In this document: one piece after another, positions 1 to 8,302 of the stretch
Position numbering within the stretch: position 1 is the stretch's first letter
Layout of the letters: each line of letters begins with the position of its first letter
Source: an uncultured virus (IMG/VR IMGVR_UViG_3300023371_000103)
Taxonomy: Duplodnaviria > Heunggongvirae > Uroviricota > Caudoviricetes
Length of the DNA stretch: 20,000 nt
Reading direction: 5' to 3' (one strand)
Virus record (IMG/VR): IMGVR_UViG_3300023371_000103
Position numbers and translations under genes: made by a program
Notes under the pieces: model-generated
Told to the model about the DNA's origin: nothing
Database searches by the model: none
The model's input: the letters and a program-made list of their open reading frames with translations, nothing else

Positions 1-516
1 ATGGAAGCAGCTGCCTATGAAGAGTCTATACAGGCGTACCGTGCGCTGCTTGACGAGGGAGTGAGCCGCGAGCTGGCGCGCAGAGTATTGCCTGTATCGG
101 TATTTACGACCTTCGTATGGAAGATCGACCTGCATAACCTGCTTCATTTCCTTGACTTGCGTTTGGATCCCTCGGCGCAGCTCGCGATCCGGGAGTACGC
201 GAAGGCAATAAAGGCGCACGTCATGTATTATTTTCCGCAAACCTATTGTGCTTTTGAGGATTACCAGCTGGAGGCGGTTACGCTGAGCAGCCTGGAACAG
301 CAGTGTCTGTTCGAGCTTCTTAAGTATCACGGCAGGATCGACATGGCAGGTGTCATGAAGTACTGGCGGAACGACGTTGGTATACTGGTTGGCGACGCAC
401 GCTGTCGGGAACGGGATGAGTTTGCGGCGAAACTTAGAAAAATGAAGTTGTTGGAGGAGCCGGATGGCGGAGAAGGATCCCAGGAAGGTGAAGATCGGAC
501 GAAAGTCGAGGAATAA
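1..516 (+). CDS. thyX: FAD-dependent thymidylate synthase, C-terminal part (5' end lies before the window)
   Basis: ThyX C-terminal signature 'AYRALLDEGVSRELARRVLP...WKIDLHNLLHFLDLRLDPSAQLAIREYA'. The N-terminal RHR motif is absent, so the gene is cut by the window edge. Confidence 0.9.
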   Translation: MEAAAYEESIQAYRALLDEGVSRELARRVLPVSVFTTFVWKIDLHNLLHFLDLRLDPSAQLAIREYAKAIKAHVMYYFPQTYCAFEDYQLEAVTLSSLEQQCLFELLKYHGRIDMAGVMKYWRNDVGILVGDARCRERDEFAAKLRKMKLLEEPDGGEGSQEGEDRTKVEE

Positions 517-841
517 AGGAGCGCGGGGTGAACGCGAAGCGGCAGCGGAGCTGGAAAAGCTCTTTGAAGGCGAAGGGTTCCATCGCGGAAGACAATACCA
601 CGGCGGACCCGGTACGCCAGACATATGCACTCCTCTTGAGGGGGTTCATTTTGAAATAAAACGGACGGAATCCCTGAGCCTGTATCCGGCAATGGATCAG
701 GCGAGATCGGATTCCAAGGACACAGAGGTCCCGGTTGTCATGCACCGGCGCAGTCATAAACCGTGGCTCGTTGTTGTGGAGCTGGACCGGCTTCCGGAAC
801 TGATCCGGAATCTGTATCCGAAGCTGAAGAATGAGACGTAA
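464..841 (+). CDS. PD-(D/E)XK nuclease, phage Holliday junction resolvase (Hjc-like)
   Basis: 'SRNKGARGERE...GTPDI...HFEIKR' matches the K-G-x3-E-R-E / PD / ExK pattern. RBS GGAGGAG at 453-459. Confidence 0.8.
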   Translation: MAEKDPRKVKIGRKSRNKGARGEREAAAELEKLFEGEGFHRGRQYHGGPGTPDICTPLEGVHFEIKRTESLSLYPAMDQARSDSKDTEVPVVMHRRSHKPWLVVVELDRLPELIRNLYPKLKNET

Positions 842-850
842 TGAACAGTT

Positions 851-881
851 GCCGCCTGGAGTACTTCCGGCGGCTCTTTTT
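851..881 (+). terminator. Intrinsic terminator-like hairpin
   Basis: GCCGCCTGGA-GTACT-TCCGGCGGC stem with one bulge, followed by TCTTTTT and then directly the RBS GGAGG. Confidence 0.7.
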
Positions 882-893
882 ATGGAGGACAAT

Positions 894-1370
894 ATGAAAA
901 TCAATGGTTTTCTGTCGGAATTGGAGAAGACGGTGCTGCGTCACATGATGCGGTACGAGGGCATTCCGGAAGACAGCGTGTGCCTGGACGGGGTGCAGAC
1001 GGAAATTCCGGAGGATCTGGTGTATGATCTTGAGTGCGCTAAATGGCGTCCTGTACAGGATGGTTCTGTTCGTGCTTTTATGTACTACAAGGATACGCTG
1101 AGATTCTTTCAGGAGAATGAGCTGGTGCTGCTGCGCTGGCTCACACGAGAATGCAGGTATGACTCCTGGTATGACCGGCTGCGGTCGTTAGCTCCATGCC
1201 TGCATGGTCTCAGCGACGACGAACTGGATCTTGGCTGGGATGGAGAGGATCCTGAGCTGGAGATCGTGGTCCAGAATGCGATCGCGATGGCTGCCGCGCA
1301 GGACGCGGTAAATACCTTGCAGGCTAAGTGTTTGGAAAACGATAACGAGGAGGAAAAAGACAATGACTAA
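894..1370 (+). CDS. Acidic hypothetical phage protein (FxYYxDTxxFF family, possibly DUF7222/Ocr-like)
   Basis: RBS GGAGG then ATG at 894; 158 aa. 'AFMYYKDTLRFFQEN...QNAIAMAAAQD' resembles a recurrent phage family; acidic C-terminus. Confidence 0.6.
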   Translation: MKINGFLSELEKTVLRHMMRYEGIPEDSVCLDGVQTEIPEDLVYDLECAKWRPVQDGSVRAFMYYKDTLRFFQENELVLLRWLTRECRYDSWYDRLRSLAPCLHGLSDDELDLGWDGEDPELEIVVQNAIAMAAAQDAVNTLQAKCLENDNEEEKDND

Positions 1371-2016
1371 GACTCACGCTCACGCATTGATGAATCATAT
1401 TCTGACCACGCAGACAGGATTTTACCCGGTCATTCTGACCGGTGTGTGGTCTCTGGTTCAGGGCTGGGAGCAGCGGGTGAAAGCACCGGAGGCTCCGGCT
1501 AACTATAAAGATCCGGCAAAGATCGAGGAGTACTGCGCGAAAAAGCGCAAAACGCTTTATCAGGATGTTCTGGCGAACTGTCCCAGCCTGTGGCATATTC
1601 ACGCGCTGCATTTGCACGTTCCGTTTGAGCTTTCTGTAGAGTTGCCTGAAGGACTGGATCTGACAGGCGTGCTGGATTGCCTCTTCGGTCCGGAAGCGCT
1701 CTTTGGATTTGACAGGATCGTCGTTTTGGGCGACAATGCAGATAAGCTGCTTCGGGCGGCTTATCTTCGGGAGTCCGAGGACTACGATCATCAGCGTGTC
1801 GCAACGCTGGTAGCTGCCAGGAAGATCCCTACGATGACGCCGGAGTCGCTGCTGTTTACGGCAGACGAACGAAAAATGCTGTTGGATACGACACCCGTTC
1901 ATACTTCGGAGGAAGCGGAATTCCAATACATTCACTCCCTTCTCTGCCGTTATTTTGGAAAACGGTTTGAGACTATGGAGTGTTACGAAAATGCGGGAAG
2001 AGAAAACATTTGCTGA
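1363..2016 (+). CDS. Hypothetical protein, possible degenerate PolB-type 3'-5' exonuclease
   Basis: RBS GAGGAGG. 'APANYKDPAKIEEY' recalls an insert seen in phage stand-alone PolB-like exonucleases, but no DxE motif precedes it. Confidence 0.5.
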   Translation: MTKTHAHALMNHILTTQTGFYPVILTGVWSLVQGWEQRVKAPEAPANYKDPAKIEEYCAKKRKTLYQDVLANCPSLWHIHALHLHVPFELSVELPEGLDLTGVLDCLFGPEALFGFDRIVVLGDNADKLLRAAYLRESEDYDHQRVATLVAARKIPTMTPESLLFTADERKMLLDTTPVHTSEEAEFQYIHSLLCRYFGKRFETMECYENAGRENIC

Positions 2017-2599
2017 TCTTGGGAATACGAAATATACCTGGACAGGTCTGACGGCGAAGGAGTATCAGGCGTTTACACCGGCGCTTCTTTACTGGAACAC
2101 GACGCATGACCGGGACATGGTTCGGGATTTCGCGGCTCGATTGGATAAATCGACCCGCATTAAGGTCAGTATCTCGCCTTTTCCTATTTTTGACATTACG
2201 CCTCCGCTTCGGGAATTGACAGTTTCCTGCGGAGGCGCGGCAGGAGACAAGAAGGAGATACTGGACTTGTCTCGAACACTTTACTTCTGTCCAAAGTCAG
2301 TATGGCCGGAGCTTCGGAACTATCTGATCAGTTACGGGTCCGTAGATGTGAAGAAACAGCGGGTAATGTTCGCGGCGGAATGTCCTGTTATGCAGATCCC
2401 GGATTATGTTCGGATGGCGCAGGGACACATGCCTCCGGGTGTTATTAATATCGCGTCGATCGGGATCTACGCTTCGGACTTTTGCAGTCTGTGGCGCAAT
2501 GACCCGTCCAATCCGTTCGTCAGACCGAAGGCGATGCAGAAGGATCGCTGCGAAACGGCGTACTACGATGGAATGATGTTTCTGAAAGGGAGAGTATGA
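1991..2599 (+). CDS. Hypothetical protein
   Basis: Open frame 1955..2599; ATG 1991 follows TGGAG. Overlaps both neighbours (ATGA coupling at 2596-2599). Confidence 0.7.
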   Translation: MREEKTFADLGNTKYTWTGLTAKEYQAFTPALLYWNTTHDRDMVRDFAARLDKSTRIKVSISPFPIFDITPPLRELTVSCGGAAGDKKEILDLSRTLYFCPKSVWPELRNYLISYGSVDVKKQRVMFAAECPVMQIPDYVRMAQGHMPPGVINIASIGIYASDFCSLWRNDPSNPFVRPKAMQKDRCETAYYDGMMFLKGRV

Positions 2600-2919
2600 A
2601 ACACTACATCATCCACTATAGATCATCACTGGATGATCCAGAGATCAAGGTCTGCGAATCGCTCGAGGAATTAACGGGATCCGTAACGGCGTTTCTCGCG
2701 GAGAAGCGAACTATTGCCGTGATCTCTGGAGAGATGTGGCAGTTCACGACCAACGGGCAGAGAATGACTTGCTCTGGGCAGGACATTTGGCTTTTTGATC
2801 GGGATCTGTATACCACAGGTTTTATTAAAGGAAATGAGGAACATGCAAAACTTAAACAGCTACAGGAGACTGATCCTCAAGGAGGACGCTCCGGCGATGG
2901 CGGGTCATCTGGCGAATGA
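2596..2919 (+). CDS. Hypothetical protein
   Basis: ATGA overlap with the upstream stop, RBS GGGAG; 107 aa. Confidence 0.7.
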   Translation: MKHYIIHYRSSLDDPEIKVCESLEELTGSVTAFLAEKRTIAVISGEMWQFTTNGQRMTCSGQDIWLFDRDLYTTGFIKGNEEHAKLKQLQETDPQGGRSGDGGSSGE

Positions 2920-3271
2920 CGAGACGATCTGGGAAGATCCTCCGGCATCCATGATCCAGTTTATGGACTCCAAAAACCGGGAGCGGGCAGTGTCGGCAGA
3001 CTGGTTTTCCGGAGAAAAGCTGGAGCGTTTGAAGAAGGAAGCCGTGGTACGGCATGGACGGGAGCTTTCATGGGTAGGCATGGCGGAACTGGCATTGCGG
3101 CTGGAGTATGAAGATCAGCAAAAGGAACTGATGTCAGAGGAACCTGCTGCTGAGCCGGAGCCGATCCTGGAGGTTCAGGAAGAGGACTATCAGTCGCTTC
3201 TGTCTATTCTTACCCGGCAGGCGGTAAAAGAACAGAAGAAAGCAGAGGAGAGTATTCAGGACTGGTTCTGA
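2843..3271 (+). CDS. Hypothetical acidic protein (start uncertain: 2843 or 2897)
   Basis: Open frame 2795..3271, Glu-rich; TGATG coupling to the next gene. Confidence 0.65.
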   Translation: MQNLNSYRRLILKEDAPAMAGHLANDETIWEDPPASMIQFMDSKNRERAVSADWFSGEKLERLKKEAVVRHGRELSWVGMAELALRLEYEDQQKELMSEEPAAEPEPILEVQEEDYQSLLSILTRQAVKEQKKAEESIQDWF

Positions 3272-3759
3272 TGAGACTCTCGGAAGCGATACGGTTTCTA
3301 TTCCAGCGGAAGGAGTCTGTCCGCAGGCGTTCCTGGGATGCGAGCCGCCGGTTGGAATCGGAACCCATACAGGGTCTGATGTATGATCAGACAGGGAATA
3401 CACGAAAGATCTTCATTCCCGAACTGGATGACTATCTGGCGCAGGACTGGGTGTCCTGTTCCGGCGAAGAACTTGCGGAAAGCGAGGAAAAAGATACTAT
3501 AGAGAAGAGTATCTGCTGGATGCTTCTGACGCATGGTTTCGTGCGGAGAAGAGCATGGCACCCGCAGGCGTATGTGCATCTGCCGGAAGGCGGGCGGCTG
3601 CCGATGCTCCATAGTCTGACAGCGGGAATGGAAATGGATACGCTCCTGATACCTTCCAGGGAAGATTGCCTTGCGGAGGACTGGGGTTATTGTGACTTTA
3701 AGATAAGGAGAAAACATGGAAAAGACGACATTGATTTGCATTGCGGACGTTCTGCGTGA
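3271..3759 (+). CDS. Tandem two-domain DUF2829 (Tad2-like) protein, candidate anti-defence nucleotide sponge
   Basis: Two copies of the DUF2829 pattern: 'LSEAI...VRRRSW...FIPELDDYLAQDW' (aa 1-61) and 'IEKSI...VRRRAW...LIPSREDCLAEDW' (aa 77-138). Confidence 0.7.
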   Translation: MRLSEAIRFLFQRKESVRRRSWDASRRLESEPIQGLMYDQTGNTRKIFIPELDDYLAQDWVSCSGEELAESEEKDTIEKSICWMLLTHGFVRRRAWHPQAYVHLPEGGRLPMLHSLTAGMEMDTLLIPSREDCLAEDWGYCDFKIRRKHGKDDIDLHCGRSA

Positions 3760-4135
3760 GCAGGTGAAGGCAACGCAGGCAGTTCTGAAGGATAAATCTG
3801 CAGACGCCCGGGTATTGCTTTGTCAGATAATGCAGTTCAACTCGGGAATGCTTGCAGCCCTTCAGGCAACCGGACTTCTGGATGAGGATGAGATCATTGA
3901 GATGACGGACGAGGAGCTGAAAGCATTTATCGAATCCTGCGGCGAGGAATCTGTGGAGGATCTTGGTGATCCGGCAGAGGAACGGGAGGAAGCCGGTTCG
4001 GAAAAGACGGAGCCGGAAGCGGACGCGAAACAGGAAGACATGGAAAGATGTGCCATCGTATTCGAGTTTTCTCCTGATGTTACTGTCGTCATGACGGATG
4101 AGCCGCACAAGTCCTGCGGCAAGTGTTGCAAATAA
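3716..4135 (+). CDS. Highly acidic hypothetical protein
   Basis: RBS AAGGAG; 139 aa with a long D/E-rich centre; ends CGKCCK. Confidence 0.75.
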   Translation: MEKTTLICIADVLREQVKATQAVLKDKSADARVLLCQIMQFNSGMLAALQATGLLDEDEIIEMTDEELKAFIESCGEESVEDLGDPAEEREEAGSEKTEPEADAKQEDMERCAIVFEFSPDVTVVMTDEPHKSCGKCCK

Positions 4136-4150
4136 TCAAACTTAAGTTTC

Positions 4151-4181
4151 AGCCCGGTGAGCGATCATCGGGCTTTTTTTT
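4151..4181 (+). terminator. Intrinsic terminator hairpin
   Basis: AGCCCGGTGA-GCGA-TCATCGGGCT with GNRA loop, followed by a T-run and immediately ATGGAGG. Confidence 0.85.
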
Positions 4182-4193
4182 ATGGAGGTTTTT

Positions 4194-4511
4194 ATGTTTG
4201 TTCAAACATTTACGCTGACGCCTGGGAATACGCGGGTCAGAGGTGTTGCGGCGGTTCCGATGGCAGGCGGGTATGAGGCTTCGGATGGAAACTACGTGCT
4301 TATTCTGGATGAGGAGCTGGACTGCACCGGGACCATTCGCGTCATTGGCGAAGATGGTACCGTGTATGAATGCGTGGACTCGTTCTTCGTCGGAAATGGA
4401 AGAACGGTCCTGCTCGGAGATCATTGGCGTCTGTTCGAGGCGGACGAGCTGGCGAAAGTCTCTGATAAATTGGAAGATGCGACTCGTATCGTAAATGAAG
4501 TGCTTTGGTAA
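4194..4511 (+). CDS. Hypothetical protein
   Basis: RBS GGAGG then ATG 4194; 105 aa. Confidence 0.75.
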   Translation: MFVQTFTLTPGNTRVRGVAAVPMAGGYEASDGNYVLILDEELDCTGTIRVIGEDGTVYECVDSFFVGNGRTVLLGDHWRLFEADELAKVSDKLEDATRIVNEVLW

Positions 4512-4523
4512 AAGGAGCTCAGG

Positions 4524-5243
4524 ATGAAAACGTTCAAATATAGACATTGGGGCACGCTGGAATCAGTGCTCATGGAGCTGATGGGACTGGAGTTTATAGA
4601 AGAGATGTCCGAGGGTCCTGTGTGTCATATCGCTATCCAAGACGAAGCCGCGGGCAAGATCGAGGAGCTGGCGAAGGAGTATGCGGTTCTGTGTTTCTGT
4701 AAAGCGGAGACCGCAAAGGTCCGTGAGTTTTTCGAGGAACATCGTCAGCTTCTTCTCGAGTTCATCGACCAGCAGATCGAAGAGGATTACTCTATGACAC
4801 GGTGGTCCTATATCGGAAGTTTAAGCGAGATAGACCGCTGTCGTATGGACGCGGTATTTTCTATTTTTACAGACGGTCCGGATCATACCCTCGAAGACGT
4901 AGAAGCTGTAGCGGTCGCGATCGTAAGGGACGCGGCCGAGAAGTTCTTTAAGGAAGCCGTTGTTTGTTTGGAGCAGGCGTTTGAAAGCTCTTCTGCCTGC
5001 GCGGTTATTGAGGAAGCGGTGAAGAGGTTCTGCGGGGAGATCAATGATAAGTCGACGGACATACGGCTGATCGAAGACGTATTGCACTCGGTCCTGTATC
5101 CGCTGCTCGGAGAAACATCACGCCGTTATTTTCAGGAACACCGCGATAAGTATTCCGCCGGGTACGCGGATGCAGATGACATGAGCTTCGCGATCGAGGA
5201 GCTGAAAACAAAACTCTGGGAACAGTATCAAAAGTTCGTTTGA
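4524..5243 (+). CDS. Acidic hypothetical protein, paralogue of 5955..6662
   Basis: RBS AAGGAG; end-to-end similarity with 5955..6662 (YRHWGTLE/YQRWGALE; VLYPLLG/VLYPWLG; KYSAGYAD/KYSKGYAD). Confidence 0.8.
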   Translation: MKTFKYRHWGTLESVLMELMGLEFIEEMSEGPVCHIAIQDEAAGKIEELAKEYAVLCFCKAETAKVREFFEEHRQLLLEFIDQQIEEDYSMTRWSYIGSLSEIDRCRMDAVFSIFTDGPDHTLEDVEAVAVAIVRDAAEKFFKEAVVCLEQAFESSSACAVIEEAVKRFCGEINDKSTDIRLIEDVLHSVLYPLLGETSRRYFQEHRDKYSAGYADADDMSFAIEELKTKLWEQYQKFV

Positions 5244-5257
5244 CAGGAGCAGGAGCG

Positions 5258-5422
5258 ATGATCGTTCATGAATTTGATTGGAACGGGTGGCACGTTGAAG
5301 TGCATTATGATGATCTGGCAGAGAATCCGCGGAAGTGGGATGGGAACCTTGGTTACATGCGGACGCGGGATCGGCGTGATGCCGGACAGGTCTGGGAGGA
5401 TATTCCGGAAAAGGAGGCATGA
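5258..5422 (+). pseudogene. Truncated paralogue of the N-terminus of 6673..7239
   Basis: 54 aa. 'HEFDWNGWHVEVHYDDLAENPRKWDGNLGY' aligns with 'HEIEFRNWRFEVDYDQWSESPRSWDNIGY', then stops where the paralogue continues for about 130 aa more. Confidence 0.6.
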
Positions 5423-5423
5423 T

Positions 5424-5855
5424 ATGAAAAAGGACACCTACCTCGTGGCCAGCTTTGACAGTGCTGAAGGACTTCACCTCTATATCGCGACACCCGAAGA
5501 CTTCCGTGCAAGCGGTCTGGCGCACCTCGCCGAACTCATCGGCGGCAGGCAGCATCTTGTGAGGCGGCGCGGGCACTATTACGACGCTGTTGCGTGGTCA
5601 GACTCGGAAGATCGCGATGAGCTTGGCTACTACACGACGACCCGCCACACCTGGCGCTATGTGGCGGACCACGCCAGAGATTGTGCGTTCGGTGGTTGCA
5701 TGACGGCCAGCGATGTCCTCTGGGAGATGTCGCGCCATGACGTAACAGACCTGCGCATGTACGCAGATGGTGAGTATGGCGTCTACGGCGACGATGACGC
5801 AATCGAGATCCTGCGAGCAGCCGCAGCCGAGTTGCTGCATACCCGGGACGCATGA
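5424..5855 (+). CDS. Hypothetical protein, probably a later insertion
   Basis: RBS AAGGAGG then ATG 5424; 143 aa. Ala/His/Asp-rich with visibly more C-ending codons than its neighbours. Confidence 0.7.
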   Translation: MKKDTYLVASFDSAEGLHLYIATPEDFRASGLAHLAELIGGRQHLVRRRGHYYDAVAWSDSEDRDELGYYTTTRHTWRYVADHARDCAFGGCMTASDVLWEMSRHDVTDLRMYADGEYGVYGDDDAIEILRAAAAELLHTRDA

Positions 5856-5954
5856 TGCGGAAGTGAACCGCGGTCGGAACCGCGGCCGCTTCAGCCGGAT
5901 CCCCGGTTCCGCTTAAAAAGACTTTACAAAAAAGACAAAGAAAAGGAATAAGTT

Positions 5955-6662
5955 ATGAGATCATTTTTGTATCAGCGCTGGGGCGCTCTGGAAGACGCCT
6001 ATATGCGGACATTCGGTATCAGCTTCCTGAACGAGGAAGTGGGTACCAGGGAGCCGATTACATTTTGTATCACCTTCACGGACAAAGCCGTGGAGGAGCT
6101 CGAAGACATTGATGAACCGCTGCTCAAGCGATTGACGGACGAGCTGTGCGAGGAGTTCTTTGACAGGCACCGCGAAGAGATCTTCGAGTACATCGACTGG
6201 ACGAACGAGGATGATAAATACGCCACGCGGCTGTCGTATATCCTTAACCTGACGGACGCGGATAGTGACACTGTGTTCGATTTTATTACGAACGGTCCTC
6301 ATTGCTGCAGGGAGGAACGGCGGGAGATCGCGTCGGCCGTCGTTAAGCACAGCGCCGGAGAGATCCTTAGAGAGATCCGGGAATGCCTCGAACAATTCCG
6401 GACGGCATCTCTGGAATGCCAGGCGATGGACTATGCAGCAAGAAAGCTGTGTACCGCCGTCAAGGAGAAGTCCGACCGGATCGAAGAGCTGGTTGACACC
6501 CTGACGGCGGTTCTTTACCCCTGGCTCGGCATTACGCCTGAACGAATCTTCAAGGAACATCTGCAGAAGTACTCTAAGGGGTATGCGGATGACGGCGACG
6601 CGGAACTGGCGTGCCTGGAGTTGCAGGAAAAACTGCGTGATCAGTATAAGAAACTTTCGTAA
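5955..6662 (+). CDS. Acidic hypothetical protein, paralogue of 4524..5243
   Basis: RBS AAGGA; 235 aa; motif-level similarity along its whole length. Confidence 0.8.
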   Translation: MRSFLYQRWGALEDAYMRTFGISFLNEEVGTREPITFCITFTDKAVEELEDIDEPLLKRLTDELCEEFFDRHREEIFEYIDWTNEDDKYATRLSYILNLTDADSDTVFDFITNGPHCCREERREIASAVVKHSAGEILREIRECLEQFRTASLECQAMDYAARKLCTAVKEKSDRIEELVDTLTAVLYPWLGITPERIFKEHLQKYSKGYADDGDAELACLELQEKLRDQYKKLS

Positions 6663-6672
6663 GGAGAGAATG

Positions 6673-7239
6673 ATGAAACACGAACACGAACATGAAATCG
6701 AATTCCGAAACTGGCGGTTTGAAGTGGATTACGATCAGTGGTCTGAGAGCCCCCGAAGCTGGGATAACATCGGGTACCTGATCACCCACGAAAGCCGCTA
6801 TGTCGGCGGATATAATGAACGGGTGCCGGAAGGCGAAAAGGTCGTCCTGACTCTGCCGGTCTATCTCTACGTTCACAGCGGAGCGACGATCAGTACGGCT
6901 CCGTTTGGCTGCCCGTGGGACTCCGGGCAGTGGGGCGTCATCCGTGCGACGAAGGAGCGGTGCCGGGAAATCCTCGGCTGGGATGAGATCACGCCGGAAC
7001 GTAAAGAGAAACTTAAGACGTATCTCGAAGGGGAGATCGACATCCTGGACACATACATACGCGGTGAGGTGTATCGTGTCATCGCCTATAAAGACGGCGA
7101 CGTTTACGACTCCTGCTGTGGATTTCTGGGTGAAGAATGGAAGGACTACGTGCTGGACCTGTATCACGACCCGCAGCTTACGTTTGACTGGTACGGGAAC
7201 CCAAGAGAGCAGCTGAAAGAGCTGCTCGCTGCGTGTTAA
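6673..7239 (+). CDS. Conserved mobile-element hypothetical protein (PVYLYxHSG...CPWDSGQxG family)
   Basis: RBS AAGGAG. 'LPVYLYVHSGATISTAPFGCPWDSGQWG...YIRGEVY...DSCCGF' is a motif set I recognise from phage and conjugative-element hypothetical proteins. Confidence 0.75.
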   Translation: MKHEHEHEIEFRNWRFEVDYDQWSESPRSWDNIGYLITHESRYVGGYNERVPEGEKVVLTLPVYLYVHSGATISTAPFGCPWDSGQWGVIRATKERCREILGWDEITPERKEKLKTYLEGEIDILDTYIRGEVYRVIAYKDGDVYDSCCGFLGEEWKDYVLDLYHDPQLTFDWYGNPREQLKELLAAC

Positions 7240-7243
7240 GAAC

Positions 7244-7274
7244 TTGACGCGGCGTACAGACTGCATAGTATACT
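7244..7274 (+). promoter_or_regulatory. Putative sigma70-type promoter for dut
   Basis: TTGACG at 7244-7249 with TAGTAT (16-nt spacer) or TATACT (19-nt spacer), just upstream of RBS GGAGGT. Confidence 0.45.
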
Positions 7275-7292
7275 TTCATAGGAGGTATGCTT

Positions 7293-7709
7293 ATGCAGAT
7301 CAAAATTCAGTTGATCGGGGACGGCAAGGTTCCCGAGAAAGCTCCAGGCGGAGCGTGGTACGATGTCAGTGCCGGTAAAGACATTGAGTATAAAGCGGGA
7401 GAACGGGTCATGATCCCGCTGGGGTTTGCGTGCAGGCTGCCGGATGGGTATGAAGCCTGTCTGGTAGCGAGATCCAGTACTTATAAAAAGTACGGTCTTT
7501 TGCAGGCAAACGCCTTTGGAGTGATCGATCCTGCGTTTTGTGGTCCCGGGGATCAGTGGCACTTTCAGTGTCATGCGGTCCGTGACGGGGTTGTGAAAGC
7601 AGGTGAGAGGGTGGCGCAGTTTCGTATTCAGGCGGTACAGCCGGATGCCGAGATCGTGCTGGGTGAACTGGACTCTCCGGACAGGGGAGGATTCGGGTCT
7701 ACAGGTTGA
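7293..7709 (+). CDS. dut: Trimeric dUTPase
   Basis: All five motifs: WYDV, RSS, GVIDPAFCG, GERVAQ, RGGFGSTG. ATG 7293 is 6 nt from GGAGGT (alternative start 7287). Confidence 0.95.
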   Translation: MQIKIQLIGDGKVPEKAPGGAWYDVSAGKDIEYKAGERVMIPLGFACRLPDGYEACLVARSSTYKKYGLLQANAFGVIDPAFCGPGDQWHFQCHAVRDGVVKAGERVAQFRIQAVQPDAEIVLGELDSPDRGGFGSTG

Positions 7710-7718
7710 ATTTGGATC

Positions 7719-7749
7719 GCCGCGCAGTGAAGAGCTGTGCGGTTTTTTT
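7719..7749 (+). terminator. Intrinsic terminator hairpin
   Basis: GCCGCGCAGT-GAAGA-GCTGTGCGGT plus T-run, 9 nt after the dut stop. Confidence 0.85.
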
Positions 7750-7763
7750 GGTGGAGAGACGAC

Positions 7764-8294
7764 ATGAAAATCGCAGGATTTACGTGGATCGGGGAAGAAA
7801 AGTACGGAATCATTACACCGGAACAGACATCCGGCGAGTATCGGGGCGGGGACATCACGGCACTGGCATACCTGTCGGATGCAGGTCCCTGTTTTATCGG
7901 AAGTCAGGAATTTCAGGACTGTAAGCAGCTGCGCGAGATCCTGTTTCAGCCTGGTCTGATCTCGATCGGCGCGGATGCTTTTCAGGGCTGTTCCAGTCTG
8001 ACCGCTGTTACGTTTCCATACACACTGAGGTGTGTTCATACAAATGCCTTCGGGGATGTGAAACTTCGTATGGCCCGCTTTGAGGAAGGTGTCCAGATGC
8101 TCTGTGCTCTGGCATTTCGAAACGGGATCAAAAGCGGGTGTGTGCATCTTCCTGTATCTCTGAAATACATTCATGAGTCTGCTTTTGACATGTGCCGGGA
8201 TGTGGTCTTTCACGTGGTGAAGGGGACGTATGCCTGCGACCGTATGCGGGAGCTGGCGAAGCAGCATTCGGACTGGATCATCGACGAGTTTTAG
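7764..8294 (+). CDS. BspA-type (LRR_5/TpLRR) leucine-rich repeat protein 1
   Basis: Repeats such as 'LREILFQPGLISIGADAFQGCSSLTAVTFPYTLRCVHTNAF'; RBS GGAG; 176 aa. Confidence 0.85.
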   Translation: MKIAGFTWIGEEKYGIITPEQTSGEYRGGDITALAYLSDAGPCFIGSQEFQDCKQLREILFQPGLISIGADAFQGCSSLTAVTFPYTLRCVHTNAFGDVKLRMARFEEGVQMLCALAFRNGIKSGCVHLPVSLKYIHESAFDMCRDVVFHVVKGTYACDRMRELAKQHSDWIIDEF

Positions 8295-8302
8295 GGGGAG
8301 TT

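Noticed and set aside
4138..4149. Palindrome AAACTTAAGTTT before the 4151 hairpin
   Set aside because: Single occurrence with only a weak echo near 11691; not supportable as a site.
7293..7709. Phe in place of Tyr in dUTPase motif III as a sign of altered specificity
   Set aside because: An aromatic residue is retained and all other motifs are intact, so evidence for a new activity is insufficient.
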